From Sphagnum compactum (Eukaryota): a DNA stretch of 64,000 bases. The translations under genes and the position numbers were made by a program. The notes under the pieces are model-generated. The model ran no database searches. It was given only the letters and a program-made list of their open reading frames with translations, and had not been told where the DNA came from. Location: NCBI GenBank assembly GCA_965153455.1, contig OZ234493.1, positions 7,492,213 to 7,556,212 on the forward strand, read 5' to 3'. How positions within the stretch are numbered: the stretch's first letter is position 1; every line of letters starts with the position of its first letter. This document shows, piece by piece, positions 27,005 through 40,503 of the stretch.

Positions 27005-27322
27005 CCTAACTTTTAGTTTAGTTTCAGTTCACTTTTAATTAATTTCCAGTTAAGTTTTATTTCACTTCCACTTAATGCATAATTCACCTCTAATTGATTT
27101 TTAGTTCACTTTTAGTTAAGTCTTAATTCACTTTGAGTTAACTTTTAATTAAGTTCTAGCAAGTTTGAATTAACTCCTAATTAAGTCCTAAGCCCCCAAT
27201 TATGTCCTAGTTAACTCTTGGTTAATTTTTAGTTAACTTTGGTTAATTCCCAATTGACTTCTAATTAAGTCCTACTTAACTTTCAGTTAAGTTTTAGTTA
27301 ACTCATAGTTGACTCTTAGTTA
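27005..27322. repeat. Degenerate ~11-bp tandem repeat (TTAACTTTTAG-like)
   Basis: Recurring ttaact(t/c)(t/c)tagttaa / ttaagt(t/c)cta units. Confidence 0.7.
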
Positions 27323-27984
27323 GGAAGGTTCTGAAGAAGTTTTTTTACTTGATGCACTCATAAAAACCTTTTTGGAAACTTCTTTGAACTAGGTCCCCAA
27401 TGGGATAAATAGAAGTAGGACCCTTCATTTTTTTCAATTTGTTCATCATTAACCTTAGGCATGATATTATACCACAACCTTGTCATGTTATTTTCATGTT
27501 CATGTTTGCATATGTTAACATAATAAAAATTTGTTTCCACGTTGGTCTTACACATCTCGTGTTCTTGTTCTGCATTATTGTGTTCTTGTTTTTGAATCAC
27601 ATAATTTTGTTTTGTTCCTTGTTTGAAAGTTAGATTTAAACTTTTCCTTTAGCTTTTGTTTTCGTGAATCTTTGTGTTTTTGACAAAGGGTGCCCCCTTT
27701 TTCCTTGGTGAATTGGTGTCGAAGGTCAAACAACCAAAAGTTTGAGCTTCTAGCGATGGTGGTGGTGGTTCTGACTCCTATTGGTTGTTGTTGTTAGTTG
27801 TTACACATACCAAAGGGAGATATAAAGAAAAAACGGGAAAAAGGGAGAGAGTAAACAAAACAAAAAATTTGAATATGCTTTCTTATGATTTCGTGAAAAA
27901 TTGCCTTTTTTTAAACTTGATATTTTTTCATATACTTTACCATGCTTTAACTATTAGACTTAATTATACATCTAATCATAACCA

Positions 27985-28590
27985 CTTAGCATACTTTCAG
28001 CTATTTTAAATTATTTCATCCTCTAGGCTACTTTCAACTATTATAGGCTATCCTTAATTACTTTTGGCTATTGTAAATTATTTCACCCTAGGTTATTTTT
28101 AGTAATTTTATACTATTTTATGCTACTTTAGTCTATTGTAGGTTAGTTCACCCTAAGCTATTTTAAGCAATTATAGGCTATTGTATGATACTTTTGGTTA
28201 TTGTAAGCTATTTCATTTTAAGTTACTTTTGGCAATTTTAGGCAATTCTATATATATTTGGCTATTGTAAGCTATTTCATGCTAGGTTATTTTTTGTAAT
28301 TTAAAGTTAAATTCTAGGTTACTTTTAATAATTTTAGGCTATTCTAGATTACTTTTGGTTATTCAAGACTACTTTGACAATTCTAAGCTATTCTGGTTAC
28401 TTTTGGCTATTCTAAGTTATGCTACTTTTTGGTTATCTAGGCTATTTAAAAATATGCTACTTTTAATTATTTTAGATAATTCTAAATTAAATTCGGTTAT
28501 TATATGCTATATTAGTTATGTTTTTTTTCATTATTTAAAACTATTCCACCCTATGTTTTTTTAAAATGTTTTAGGTTACTTTTGACTATT
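27985..28590. repeat. T-rich copy of the AATAACC/AATAGCC repeat family, inverted relative to 17560-17900
   Basis: The reverse complement of ~28058-28110 (taaaattactaaaaataacctagggtgaaataatttacaatagccaaaagtaa) closely matches ~17570-17621 (ataattgctaaaaataatctaggatgaaataatttacaataaacaaaagtaa). Confidence 0.75.
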
Positions 28591-30211
28591 CACATTTTTA
28601 CTAATGCATGGGCCAACATTGTGACCAAAAATCCATATTGGGTTAGCATTTATGGACACAAACCAATGGCATTGAAACACCATTTTAGTTGCAATAAAAA
28701 TAAACACACATATATCTAGTTTTTCCAATTGCATAATTCATTTGTTTAATAATTGTAAACCATCTCTAGTTCATTAAATTCAATATATAACAAATTGGGT
28801 CCAAAACATAGGTTCCTGATTCAATTATGAGTGGAAAATGTATGCACTACATGGTGAATTGGGTCATTATGCTCAATGAATTGTGAAATGGCTCCACAAC
28901 ATAGTGATCTTGTTCACCTTCTATGGATTGGGATTTAAGGCTAGGTAAAGTTATTTCACTATGAAGACCCCATAGTGATTTAAGCTAATGAATTGTCCCC
29001 ACATTTGTATTAGTGTTGATACAAGTTTGAAGTACAAGCTTGTTCCATAGCATTGTTATATTCCTTTTGTGTTTTTTTTTTTCATATTTTATCCAAATAA
29101 ATATTTGTTTACATTTTTTTTTTGCACACTTTGTGTTCTTATATTTAGCCTTTTGTGATTTTGTCTTTGTTTGTTTATTATGAAATCAATTTAAAACAAT
29201 CACATGATATTGTTTTTTTTATTGATAGTTATCATGTGTCTACACACCATAAGGTGAAAATATCAAATTTCATAGTTTCAATTTTTCAATTTGGTGACCT
29301 AGATTAAGTCAATTGTATTGTTGAAGATGTCTATGGTGTTTGTAGTTCCAATGGACATTATTATAGTCGCTATGGCATGGTCCATGCCAATTATGATCAT
29401 GGTGGACAACATGATTACACATGGAATGACTTTTACAATTATGTCCATGGATGTGATTACATGTTATTTTGACAAGTTCATGTTGATTATAAACATGGTA
29501 GTTGAAAATGTAATCGTATATGCCATGATTTCATGAAATGTCTATAACAACATCATTTCTCACAATTATATAATTATCTCATCATGGTAAGTCTACCTTA
29601 TGTCATTTCTTTTCATATTTGTTAGAAGATTGTTCCTTGTGAATGTTTACACACTTCATCCATTCATGTTTATTTTGGTACCCAAATGTCATTTTATTTT
29701 CATCTTTTATGATAACTCAAACCTCACAACTATTTACAAATTTCACCCACTACATTATGTTTATTTTAATGTTAAATTTTTTTTTACAATAACACTATTC
29801 TTCACAAGTGTTTTCATATCTCACCAATGTTACAAATTAAGTTTACCTTCACATTGTTGTTTTTCTTCATGTTTTTAAATGTTAAAATGCATTGGAATTA
29901 TAAGGTGCAAGGTGACTACACAACAATAATTATACTCTTGGAAGATTATTGGTTCATAAAATGGTGCATATTTTCTTTTGAAATGCGTTTTGTGAAATAA
30001 ACAAAACTTCAAAATTATACTTTCAAACGTTCACATTTATTATGTATTCCCACCATTCTATCACATAAACAACTATTGGTAAAAATAACACACATTTACA
30101 GTTAGATTAAATCATATTTTATGTAAAGTAAATAAATGAAAAAGTTATTTAAAGTAAGCTTAATTGATCTTTGTTGGTTAGAAGTACTGGTGGTCCAAGT
30201 TTGATTTCATG

Positions 30212-30242
<31 letters not shown>

Positions 30243-31189
30243 ATTTGGACTTTTTGTTTTTTACATGTATTTCATTTTTTTTGCTTCTTCTCATGTATTT
30301 GATATATATTTTGCTTTTGCACCTTGATCTTGTTGAAAGCTATCGCAAGTGAAAACAACATCAACAAAGGATTAATGCAACATTGAGAACTTAGGCAAAA
30401 CCATGAAGAAAAGCCCTTTTTGAATATGTTGACAAGAAGTTGAAGACAAAGAGAAACGTGGGCAAACACAAATTTTGTTGATAGGAGACAAAAAAGAAGA
30501 AGGATGATCCAAGAAAGAAAAAAAGGAAGATGAGGGAAAAATATGTTCCCATTTGCTATTGTTGAATTTCGTGGATAGGGTGGTTAAAGGAAGAGAAATA
30601 GAAGAGGAAAAGGAGTTTGTGTTTAGGTCAGCCATCATTGAATTTCACAAACAAGAGATGAAAAAAAAAGGAAAGAATATCAAATGAGAACAAAAAAGTC
30701 TATAAACAAACAAAATACAAAGAAGAAGGATGGTCAAAGGAAGAAGAAAAGAGTTTGTTCACTAATAAGAGGCAAGACAAAATATGATCATACAAAGAAG
30801 AAAAGACAATAAAAAAGTTTGCTCAACATTGTCAAGCTTTTGTGTGAGTGTGTGGGCTTTCTTTGTATATCCAATTCTATTTTCTATTTGTTGAGGTTTT
30901 TGTTGCAATTTGTGAGGAGCAATCCTCTTTGTGTGTCCAATTTTTATTTATCTTTTGAATGGAGGTTGTAGGAGAGAAAAGGTTGCAAGAAAAAAAAGAC
31001 TTATAATCTCATATTAAGTTTTGAATGTTGGGTCCTTATATGAATAGGTTTAGACTAAACATGAGAGGGCAAAAGTAGACTCAATTATAAGATGACTTGA
31101 AGGATAAGTTTACTTGAGCTCCCTTCTACTTTGCAATATCATGAACAATGAAATGATGGAAAAATGACTTGATTTTGTGAAATTTTAAT

Positions 31190-31400
31190 TTAATTCAAAT
31201 GACAATATTGAATTGACATTGCATATAACTTGAATTGAAAATTGAATTGAGTTTCAATTTAATTAAGAATCAAATTAAAAAAATTGATTCAATTGTAATT
31301 TACATACATTAAAGGGTATTCAAATTTTAATGAATTCAATTCTTGTTTGATTGACTTTGCATTCAGTTGATTTCGAATTCATCAAATTCAATTGAAAAAA
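31190..31400. repeat. AATTG/CAATT-rich low-complexity quasi-palindromic repeat
   Basis: Runs of ttgaattgaa followed by ttcaattc/aattcaatt. Confidence 0.55.
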
Positions 31401-33199
31401 ATGAGATGCAAATTGGTGTAAAAAATATTAAAAATGTGCTTGTCACTTCCATCATTATTAACGATTATGATGTTTGAAAAAAAAAAAAAAACTCCAAAAA
31501 GACACAATTTTATTCGAGAAAAAAAGAACAAAAAAAACCCTTCCATGGTCCACAAAAACAATATGCCATTTTTTTTTCATAGGGCAATACAAATTTATGC
31601 AGATAAATACCCAAATTTCCTCAATACATATCCATATTTGACACCAATTGTGTATGTAGTTGTTGTGGTCTCATTAAGGTGTTATTAGGGAGGAATAATC
31701 AAGAGCCAATCAGAATTGCGAGAGAGGGGGGAACGCAAAAAAAAATTTGCAATAAAGTTTTGTTTTCTTCCCCTTACTAACATAATAATTAAAACCATGG
31801 CAAAACTGAGTAGGAAAAAAACGTAGGCTGGGTTTCTTCCTTTGTTCGTCTCCTTCTCCACTTCCCCACCACCTCCTCCCGCTTGCCGCCGCAGAGCAGC
31901 CGCAGCAACAAGCTAGGGTCCTGGAATTGTATGCGGTGGCGTGAATGCGGACCTATTGATTTGCCCATTTGCCTTGTTCCTTCTCGTCTCCTCCTCCTCC
32001 TCTTCCTCCTCCTTCTGCTTCTTCTTCATCAGGTCAAGATTTTACTTCTCGTGTTCCTTTTTTTGTTTTTTTTTCTCCCTTGTTTTGTTTTTCTATTTCT
32101 TGGAATTTTTTGCAAGTGTTTTTCCAAGTTTGCTTGCGCAGTTTTGCTTGTGATGCAACAGGAGCTTTGAAGCGGAGAAGAAGATACAAAGTTCGGATTT
32201 ATTCTCCTTTTTTGTTTATGTTTTGTCTTTGTTTTTTTGGGATTGAAACGGCGAAAATAATTTCCGCTGAAGAAGATCTGGATAGGGCGGCACGGGGAGA
32301 GCGAGGAACTGTGCTTTGTTTGTGCCCGGGATTTGATCGGATTATTTCACCACACAGGACATATTAGAGACGGGAGAGAGAGAGTTCACCGAATAAGAAG
32401 TTGCGCTCCCGAAAGGTAAACTTAACAAATTATTGTGTTGTGGTATTGTTCAGTATTTGTTCTTGCTGAGTGAAGACAAAGCTGGACTGCGAATCGAGTT
32501 ATCCCTGGGCTTCAATCGAGAAGCTTGAGGAAGGATTTCGATGAAGGATTGTTGGTTTGCTGACGATTCTGAAGATACAGTGTTGTGTCTTCCTCCGTTG
32601 GTCTCAGGATAGCACAGCAGGCAGGGTTTGATTCCATCCGAGTATGCGTCAGTAAGAGACGCCGAAATGCGGAAATAATCTTGTAGCGCTCATATCAAAT
32701 CGGAGTGCAACCACAGTAAAAAAAAAGGCACAAGCTGCACGAAGCTTATCATTGGATCTCAGTTTCCAACACTGACGTGTTCACTTACAAGTAGGTTTCT
32801 TTCGGGCTCTAGGATGTGTCTTGAATGTCGGCGTAGTTCGAGTGCAAAGCTGAGAGGTCACTTCTTGTTGAATGTTCTCCTCATGGACATGTATTATTGC
32901 AGTTGACCTTCCCCCCTGCCCCCCGGAAACCGTCCTTCCTCTAATCAAATCACATGCCTGAAATGGATGTCCAAGGCTCTTATTTTCTCCTGGAGATCAG
33001 GATTGAGTTTCATGGAGAAAATCCAAGGAACATGCAAAACTGGTTTTTTTATGTGAGCAATCACAAGGTTTAGTGATAATTGCTTGGTGGGTCCTAGATC
33101 TTTTTTTTATTTGATTGCTGTGAGTCATTTTAGTGCTATGGGTAAGAGTTTTGTACTCATGCACATTCAATCTTGCAAAGCTGGTGCAGGATTGCAACT

Positions 33200-36100
33200 A
33201 TGAAGGGTGAGGGTGAAGAGGAGCAAGAGGTCAACATTGTCTATAAAACTAAAGTTGTGCAGTTTCTTGGTCGGCAAGTGCCTATTATTCTTCAGAATGA
33301 CAATGGACCCTGTCCTCTTCTTGCCATCTGTGAGCTTTTGCTCTCTCCCTTTTATACACTTGTTAAGACATGGGACCAGATATCAAGGCTATTTGCCCTC
33401 TAATGCAAACCTGGCACTAGGTTTTTGCTATTGCTTAGTGTTTCAAGAGCTCAATATATGGTGGCCTGACAAGTATATGTTTGAATCATCAGTGACTTCA
33501 GTTGTCCTTAACCTAAGATTAGTGCATTGGTGGGCTTTGTGCAGGTAATGTGCTCTTGTTGAGGAACAATCTGAATGTCAGTACTGATTTGGCTGAAATT
33601 TCTTTGCGTGAATTGCTCTCTCTCATTGCAGAAAGATTGCTTGACGTGAATAGTAATACAGAGGTGTGAGACATGACCCTTTGTCTTTCATACCCTAAGT
33701 ACATTATGGTCAGCCACACTTGTTGCTTTGCTACTGCATACTTGGATGTATATATAGTATTTGCTGTATAGATGCACTTTTTGAGTTTTTGTGCCTGGTA
33801 TGTGTAGGACTTTTATTCTCACAACTAGTCTTGGATGGGTTATGTTAAGCCTTCTGAATTTGTTACAGAACAAAGATGATGAATATGTGCGCAACCAGCA
33901 GCAAAACATTTCAGATGCCATAGCTCTGCTCCCCCGCCTTGCTACTGGCATTGATGTCAATGTCCGCTTTACACAGTGAAGTTACTTCTAAGCCACCTTG
34001 TGTTAAGTTATAGTTTTGTTTTCATCTTTGACAACTGGCCTGCAACACCTGTGAGAATGAATTTGCATATTATTTAATCCCCTTTTGCATCAGTAGACTT
34101 TTAGCCATGGTCTGGGTGGAGGCCTTGCCAAACTTAACTTTTCTTAGTTGTGAATTTTAGTTGTAGTTGTTGAACTGTTCCTTTCACCATAGGCACTAAC
34201 TGTATGCTCATCTTTGGGTCTTCATGTATTATTCTTAGGTGTTGTTTGCTTGTGAATGACCATATGAATTGAAAAAGGATTAATTGTCATTCTGGTGTGG
34301 TGTATGGCATGTTGCAGTATACATGATTTTGAGTTCACACCAGAATGTGCAATCTTTGATCTGTTTGACATTGGCCTAGTCCATGGCTGGCTTTGTGACC
34401 CCCAGGTGAATACCATTTTCCCATTGTCTCTTCCTGAGCTTTGCCTTTGACCCTTTTTGTTCTGCCATATGAAGATATGTTATGTCCATAAGAAGGTGCA
34501 CATGTGACTTGATGTGCTTTTGGAAGCCTTGCTTGTTATGTGCAGGATGAAGAGACAAGCCAAATGATAGGCAATCATTCCTACAATGCCCTGGTGGAGA
34601 AGCTGGTAGCTTTGCAGGCCAGCAAGGGTGATTCTGCTTCCAATGACGTAACTGGTGCTGTAGAGGAATCTACTGTGGACTTTGTGGCAGCAACAACTGC
34701 AACATTAGGCGTGCCTACACCATCTGCCAGCCAACTCTGGTCAAGTGAGACATCCTTTGAGGATTTGTCCTATGAATTGAATCAGGGAGGACCAACTACA
34801 GCAGCTGATGAGTCCCCACGGAAGGGTGACACTGAAGAAGCTGCTGCACTAATGCAGGTTAGGTTATACTAGAGACTGAATGCTGTGGTGTGTATGTAGC
34901 CTGGGGTCTGGTTCTCTTGTCTTTGCCTCTTGTGATTGCTGCAGGTTTGGTTCTATGTTGAGCACATCCTTAAGACTGTAATTATACAAGGTTTGGAGTC
35001 TTCTTATTTTTAGGATGCTGGTAATTTTGTCTAACACTGTATGTGCCTGCCACTGTGGCTACAGGCATTGCAGCTTTCTCAGAGTGATGGATTGACTGGA
35101 GTGGGCACTGAAGGTAGTGGCATGTATGGGAAACATGACACTGATCTCCCAGTCCAGTTGACAACCCATGGCACCTCTCCTCTTTTGTCCTCTCTTTCAG
35201 ATGACTCAACTGGAAACATTGATCCTCAACTGGAGGTGATTGAAATGCCAGAGGAAGGTACTGAGCTTGGTGTACATGAGGAGAGCATTTCTCTGAACTC
35301 TGTTCGTCGTTGCCCACAAGGGCTTGATGTTCCTGTAAGAAGCTTCAAGCAACCAATAGTTCCCACTCCTAGACTGTGGCTGGGAGAGGAGAAAACTGTA
35401 AGTGGATCCCACTTTGCAGGGGCTTCAGCTGCCAATGAGGAGGGTCTGCAAGGCCCTTCGAACTTTGAAGGTAATGACAATATTTTTGTGTTGGGGTATG
35501 ACATTGATCGCCCAGTCAAACTTTTGGATGTCGGTGAGGAAGACAGTGAGAGCCAGAGGAAAGCAACAGCAGAAGATCCTTTATTAGGACATGAACACAA
35601 GGCACAAATGAATAATGATGGAACCTCACAAAGGTTACATCCCAATTTTGGCACAGATGGATTTGAGAACGTAACTAAGGAACAACTATGTGACACTGAT
35701 GAAAGAGCCCTACAAAAACATGAGAGGGATTCTACACTTGGAGATAGTAGAAAGCAATTCCTTGTGTGTGGACCAGGGAGCTTAGGAAGCTCACAAAGTC
35801 TGGAAAGCTCAGGATTGGATGATGAAGAGCCTTTGTATGAGGGGGAATGTGATTTAGCCAATCAGGGAGTCTCTAAGTACAGTGACAAGGAACCTCTTTA
35901 TGAGGGGGAGGTGATTTTAGCGGAGCAAGGTGACATTGGTGGGCACCTTCTTGACAAAAGTGAAGCAGGATCTCCCAATTTTAAGCAGAGTGTCACTGTT
36001 TCTGATAGAGAAGGTACTTTTGAGACTGACCAGTCCTTCCTGTTTGATTGAAGGGTTTGCCTGTGTGCTGCACACAAATGTTTCTTTTCTTGTTGAAATA

Positions 36101-38617
36101 ATCCTTAATGCTTAATTCCATTCTAACAAGCAACTGTGCCCATCTGTATACCCACAAGTTTGTTTTTGGGATAGACCTGAAGCAAATAATTCAACAGGGT
36201 TAGGTCAAAGTAATGACTTGCCCAAGTATTTTGTCGTATCATGCTATGATTGGCTTGCCTAGTCTGTTTATAAGTTTGTCTTCAAATGTTAAAGTATTTT
36301 ATTCTGGTCGCTTGACAAGTTTTCTTTGTTTATAGGGAAAATAATCGAAAACTTTCTGAACAACAATGCCAGCCAGCTGACAGTCTATGGGTGAGTTGAT
36401 CATTTTTTATTTCTCCACAGAGGACCACTATGCCTTGAATCAAATAGAGTTTATGCCATATGCGGGCTGCTGCTGCTAACCCTTCTAGAGCTTCATTCCA
36501 GATGGGTATGAAAAATGAGATTTGCTAATTTCACAAATTCCTACAGTTCATATGTTACATTGCTTGTACCTTTTCAGAGACCAAGACCTGATAACAATCA
36601 CTCACTGCAGTTGTCACTGTTTTTTCCACAGGCTCTTCAGCTTGATTGAGGGTCTTAAAGACCGTGAACTGTGTGTCTTTTTCCGCAACAACCATTTTGG
36701 CACTATGTTTAAGGTATGCCTATGCTATTGCTGTCAAGCAGCAATGTCTGATGCTGGAAGAATAGGATTGCTTCCTATGGACCAAAGTGTTCCCTGTGGT
36801 CTTTCTCTGAAGTAACTTATACCCAGTGCTTTGTGTTATGTAATGAGCTCAATCAGTACAGAAGACGCATTTTGGAGTGATTTTGTTCTCACTACTCATG
36901 TACAATTAAGCTTGTCAATTCAGGCAACTGTTCAAAGCGGAATTGTTGTTGACAAAGGTCTTACAAACTCTGTTGCAAAATAGGAAGAGTAAACCTGTTG
37001 CAAGGGTCCCACACAGTAGCTGAAATCAAGGACTCCATTTCAGCTAAATCTTGTATACATGTGATATCTTTTTGATGTATCTGGTATGGAATTACTGTTT
37101 TGCAGTTCAACAGGAAACTTTACTTACTGGCCAGTGACCAAGGTTACCTTAACCAGCCTGACCTAGTATGGGAAGAGCTGAGTTCGGTATGTCCTTAATG
37201 CTCTTTTCCCTTTGTAGGCCCTCTGTTTCGAACCTTGTGTTACAAGCCTCAACAGCTTAAATACGGGAATGTGAAGAGATTTGCATGTTATGAACCTTTT
37301 GTCAGATTTGCTTGACTACCATGAGACCTTAAGTCCAGTAGGAGGACTTGTAGACTGTTATTGTACTATTTGATGTTCACCATCATGGCCTGTATTGTTT
37401 AACTCTCTCCTGTTGGTTACGGTTGCCAGGTTGATGGTGACACAGTTTTCACCACAGGGTCCTTTTCGGTATTCCAAGCAGACCACTCTAGCAACACTTG
37501 GAATGAGCAAGATGCAGTGGCTGCTACTGCGGTATGTCTTTTGACACTCTGTTACAGCGTGAGTATAAGTATTTTGGGCTTGGAGATTGGCCTGTTTGCA
37601 ATGATTTCTGTCTAGATACGACATTGTTCCTTTCATTTCTGTGGTCATCACAGTAGAGTGACTGAGAGTGCTAACAGAAGGGGCCTCTCATACATCTGTC
37701 TTATGCAATCCTCTCGTGCAGTCCATGGCTTATGCATTGATTATCTGCTTGTTGCTGGAAATGGATCTAGGACTATATGTCATTACACAACAAAGCTGCA
37801 GATCATGGTGGCCGTTCCAGCTACAAGTGAGCAAAACTCTATTGTTGACAATGGAAGATGATGCTTTGAATAGTAGGTTTTGCACTGAGTCTTGGACAGA
37901 GGTTTTGAAGAAACCTTCAAGAGGTGGGTAGATTTGTTTATCATAAGCGTACCATGGCTTAGAACTGAGACGCATGTCTTGCTCCAATGTACAGCTCAGA
38001 TTTGCAGTTGGCTATGGCCCTGCAGCAGCAAGAGCTTGAGCAGCAACAGCAACCACGGTTGGCTGCTTCCTCTCCTTCTCCACCAGCATCACAAACATCT
38101 TCCTCACTTGGGCCCAGTCGCATGATCACTGTGTGTTATTATCTGAACTCAAGTTTTCAGTGGTTGTAACCTTGTTGTGTACTGCTATGTCCCTTACAGT
38201 GAGGCAGAGTATTGGTAACATCTGAAGAATAGAAACATCTCCTTGTGAGTTTGGTAACTGATATCCTGTTCTTTAAATCAGTGTGCACTAGATGCCTTTG
38301 GCCTCACCTACTTTATTTGCTTAAGACAAATGCAGTAAGGTCTCGGTTGCTTGTGGAACCCTCTGTAGTTATGGCATATTGAACAGATTAAGCTGAGTAG
38401 AAGGTTGCTGAACTGAGATTTGGTTTGCTTTATTGTTTTCATTTTAATTTTTGGTATCTTGACTAGGAAGATAAGTAAGATATGCTTTGTTTTGGTTTGA
38501 TGGAGCAGAGAAGTACTTTTAACAAGCAGATCAATATGCGCCTTGCAGGGACCAGCAAGGCCGTCAACTGCAAAACCGGAAGCCACAAAAGCAAAAGACA
38601 AGTGTACCATAATGTAG
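33200..38617 (+). CDS. MINDY1: Ubiquitin carboxyl-terminal hydrolase MINDY-1/2 family (FAM63/DUF544) deubiquitinase, 13 coding exons, ~761 aa
   Basis: Phase-consistent GT-AG exons: 33200-33329, 33545-33663, 33869-33975, 34318-34405, 34546-34857, 35065-36013, 36336-36390, 36632-36713, 37106-37186, 37430-37531, 37771-37826, 37995-38130, 38549-38617. Motifs: QNDNGPCPLLAICNVLLL (catalytic Cys), LVHGWLCDPQ, ASQLTVYG, VFFRNNHF (catalytic His), DQGYL, VWEEL, MIU-like SDLQLAMALQQQE, and C-terminal CaaX CTIM. Probable 5'UTR exons start from ~31850. Confidence 0.95.
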
Positions 38618-40094
38618 ACAAGCTAGCTGGCAGCACGTATGTTATGGACAACTTAATTCTTGTCCAGTCATAGATAGTACATAGTCTTTTTGGCAACTTA
38701 TTTGAGCCTGTACATACTTTTGCAAACTCCACGCCTGTCTTTGAATTTTCCATGCTTGAAATAGCTGGATCCTTGAACCTTCCAGGAGAAATTTAGAAAT
38801 CCAGTGTCATTGAGTTGTGCTGGGTGTCCAGGAAGGAAGAGATGTGGCACCATTGCACTGCTGTGATGCTGTGAGACTCCAAAGCCTGATGGGACTCAAT
38901 TCTGTCAAGTAATGGGTTCAGCCTCTTCATTGTTGGTCATGCTCTAGTTACAACTTCACATGTGGCGTTACCGCTTCTGCAGTTGCATGTGCCTCTTACT
39001 CCATATATAATAATGTCCACTGTGTTACAGTCTGTGGTTTGGAGTTTTTGGATGGATCAGTCAAGGCATCAACTCTGCTATACAGAATGCATCCAGACGT
39101 GAAGGCTTTTTGTTACTAGTTTCTTTGCAATTAATGGTAGCAAATATTCTGGTACACTGGCATGCACACTGACATGCATTGACGTTTCTTCCGCTCATAA
39201 TTTTCCAGTATCCATGCCTACAGACTGAACTCATGTGCTTTGGGTTATAATGGGCAGATGGAACTCATTGGAAGTTGCTTAAGGTTCTTCCAAGCTGTGA
39301 GAAGCTTTGCATCCAGGGTGACATGTGACACTTTCTTCCCTTTCTGAATAAACTTTTTGCTGAGTAGGGTCTGCTGGGCATTATAGACTCTAGGCAATGT
39401 TTGATATATTCCCCTCTTTCCCAACTTTCAATTGTAAATTCATCTGATGAGTGGCCTCATGTGATGAGGGATTTTCAGCAGGGGACCATGCAGCCTAGCC
39501 TTTGCTAAACCCCATGTAATATGAAGTGCTGTACTGATTACAGGAGGTGATCCAAACTGCTTACAGAGCAAGGCAGCATGGACCACATTGTTCCAACTGA
39601 TATGTACCACTTTCTCATGCAGTTGTACAGCATTCAAAGAATTGGAATTCTGTTAAGCAGAGATGGAGATGGGGCATCATTAAGTCATTGTGCATTCACA
39701 GATTGTGATAAAGCAATAAGGAATCAACCTGAGGGCTTCAAGCTTACCATTAAAGCAACAATGGATTTTTGAAGGAGCCTCAAAAGCATGTACAACTCTT
39801 CAGCTAAGCATTAGAGAAACCTGGGTTCTCTATATGACTGTTTGTCAATCCATTTGATGATGTTTTTGGGTTGTATCATGCCTCAAAATATATTTTCTCC
39901 AAAATTTGATAATTTTTAGGTGACTCCAATATATTTAATAACAAATTTGAGGATATTTTCAAAATAAAGATAAAGAAGGAATTGGTATGTCTAATAACAA
40001 TTTATGTATTACTTTTATTTCTAAATGGGCTTGAGATAATTATGATTTCTTTGTTTCATTTTCCTTTTTCATCTTTTTAGTACCAATCAGAATT

Positions 40095-40503
40095 AACGAT
40101 ATCCGTAAATTCAGGAAAAGACAGCACGAGTAACCTCAGTTTGGTCAAACACAAGGCGAGATTAGAAAAAAAACCTGCAAAAAAGTACACATTAAGGGGG
40201 GGGTGTGACATTGAGAAAACCACCAATTTTGATGGTTCCTGAGTTTCAGCGTCTTTCTTTTTTCCTGAGCGCCTCCACTCCTGCTACATAGATTTTCACT
40301 GGTCCTACTTGTACCGCTACTATAATTCCTCTCGAACATTGTGCATTAAATGCTGAGATTCAGCATTTCGTACTGAGTTTCAGCATTTCATACTGAGATT
40401 TAATGAAATTTCCTTACTTTACGGATACCACCAAAAGAGGGGGTGGCGGTGGAAAGGAGACCCAAAGACAGGGGGAAGACAGGGTGACTTTACGGATATC
40501 TCT
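40095..40503. mobile_element. MITE-like non-autonomous TIR element, copy 1 (~409 bp)
   Basis: Termini are AACGATATCCGTAAATTCA ... TGACTTTACGGATATCTCT, flanked by ATT on both sides. The whole element aligns in reverse complement with 41377-41763. Confidence 0.85.

Noticed and set aside
26537..29878. Several Phe/Met-rich short ORFs
   Set aside because: They are low-complexity AT-rich repeat translations with no splice or domain support.
30165..30236. Weak tRNA-like motifs followed by a long T run
   Set aside because: Spacing is too short and the boxes are too degenerate to support a tRNA or SINE call.
31883..32367. Hydrophobic Leu/Phe-rich ORFs
   Set aside because: These are translations of the pyrimidine-rich 5'UTR/intron of the MINDY gene.
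35226..35861. 211-aa antisense ORF
   Set aside because: It is the shadow of the large MINDY coding exon; Ser-rich with no motif.
36425..36434. CACTATGCC matching the start of the CACTA TIR
   Set aside because: Only 9 bp, inside a MINDY intron, on the wrong side of the right end, with no subterminal repeats.
39250..39590. Hairpins with GTGATGA/CTGA and ATATGA/ACA motifs suggestive of snoRNAs
   Set aside because: The stems lack clear pseudouridylation pockets and I could not see rRNA complementarity. Such short boxes arise by chance; an Infernal/Rfam search would be needed.
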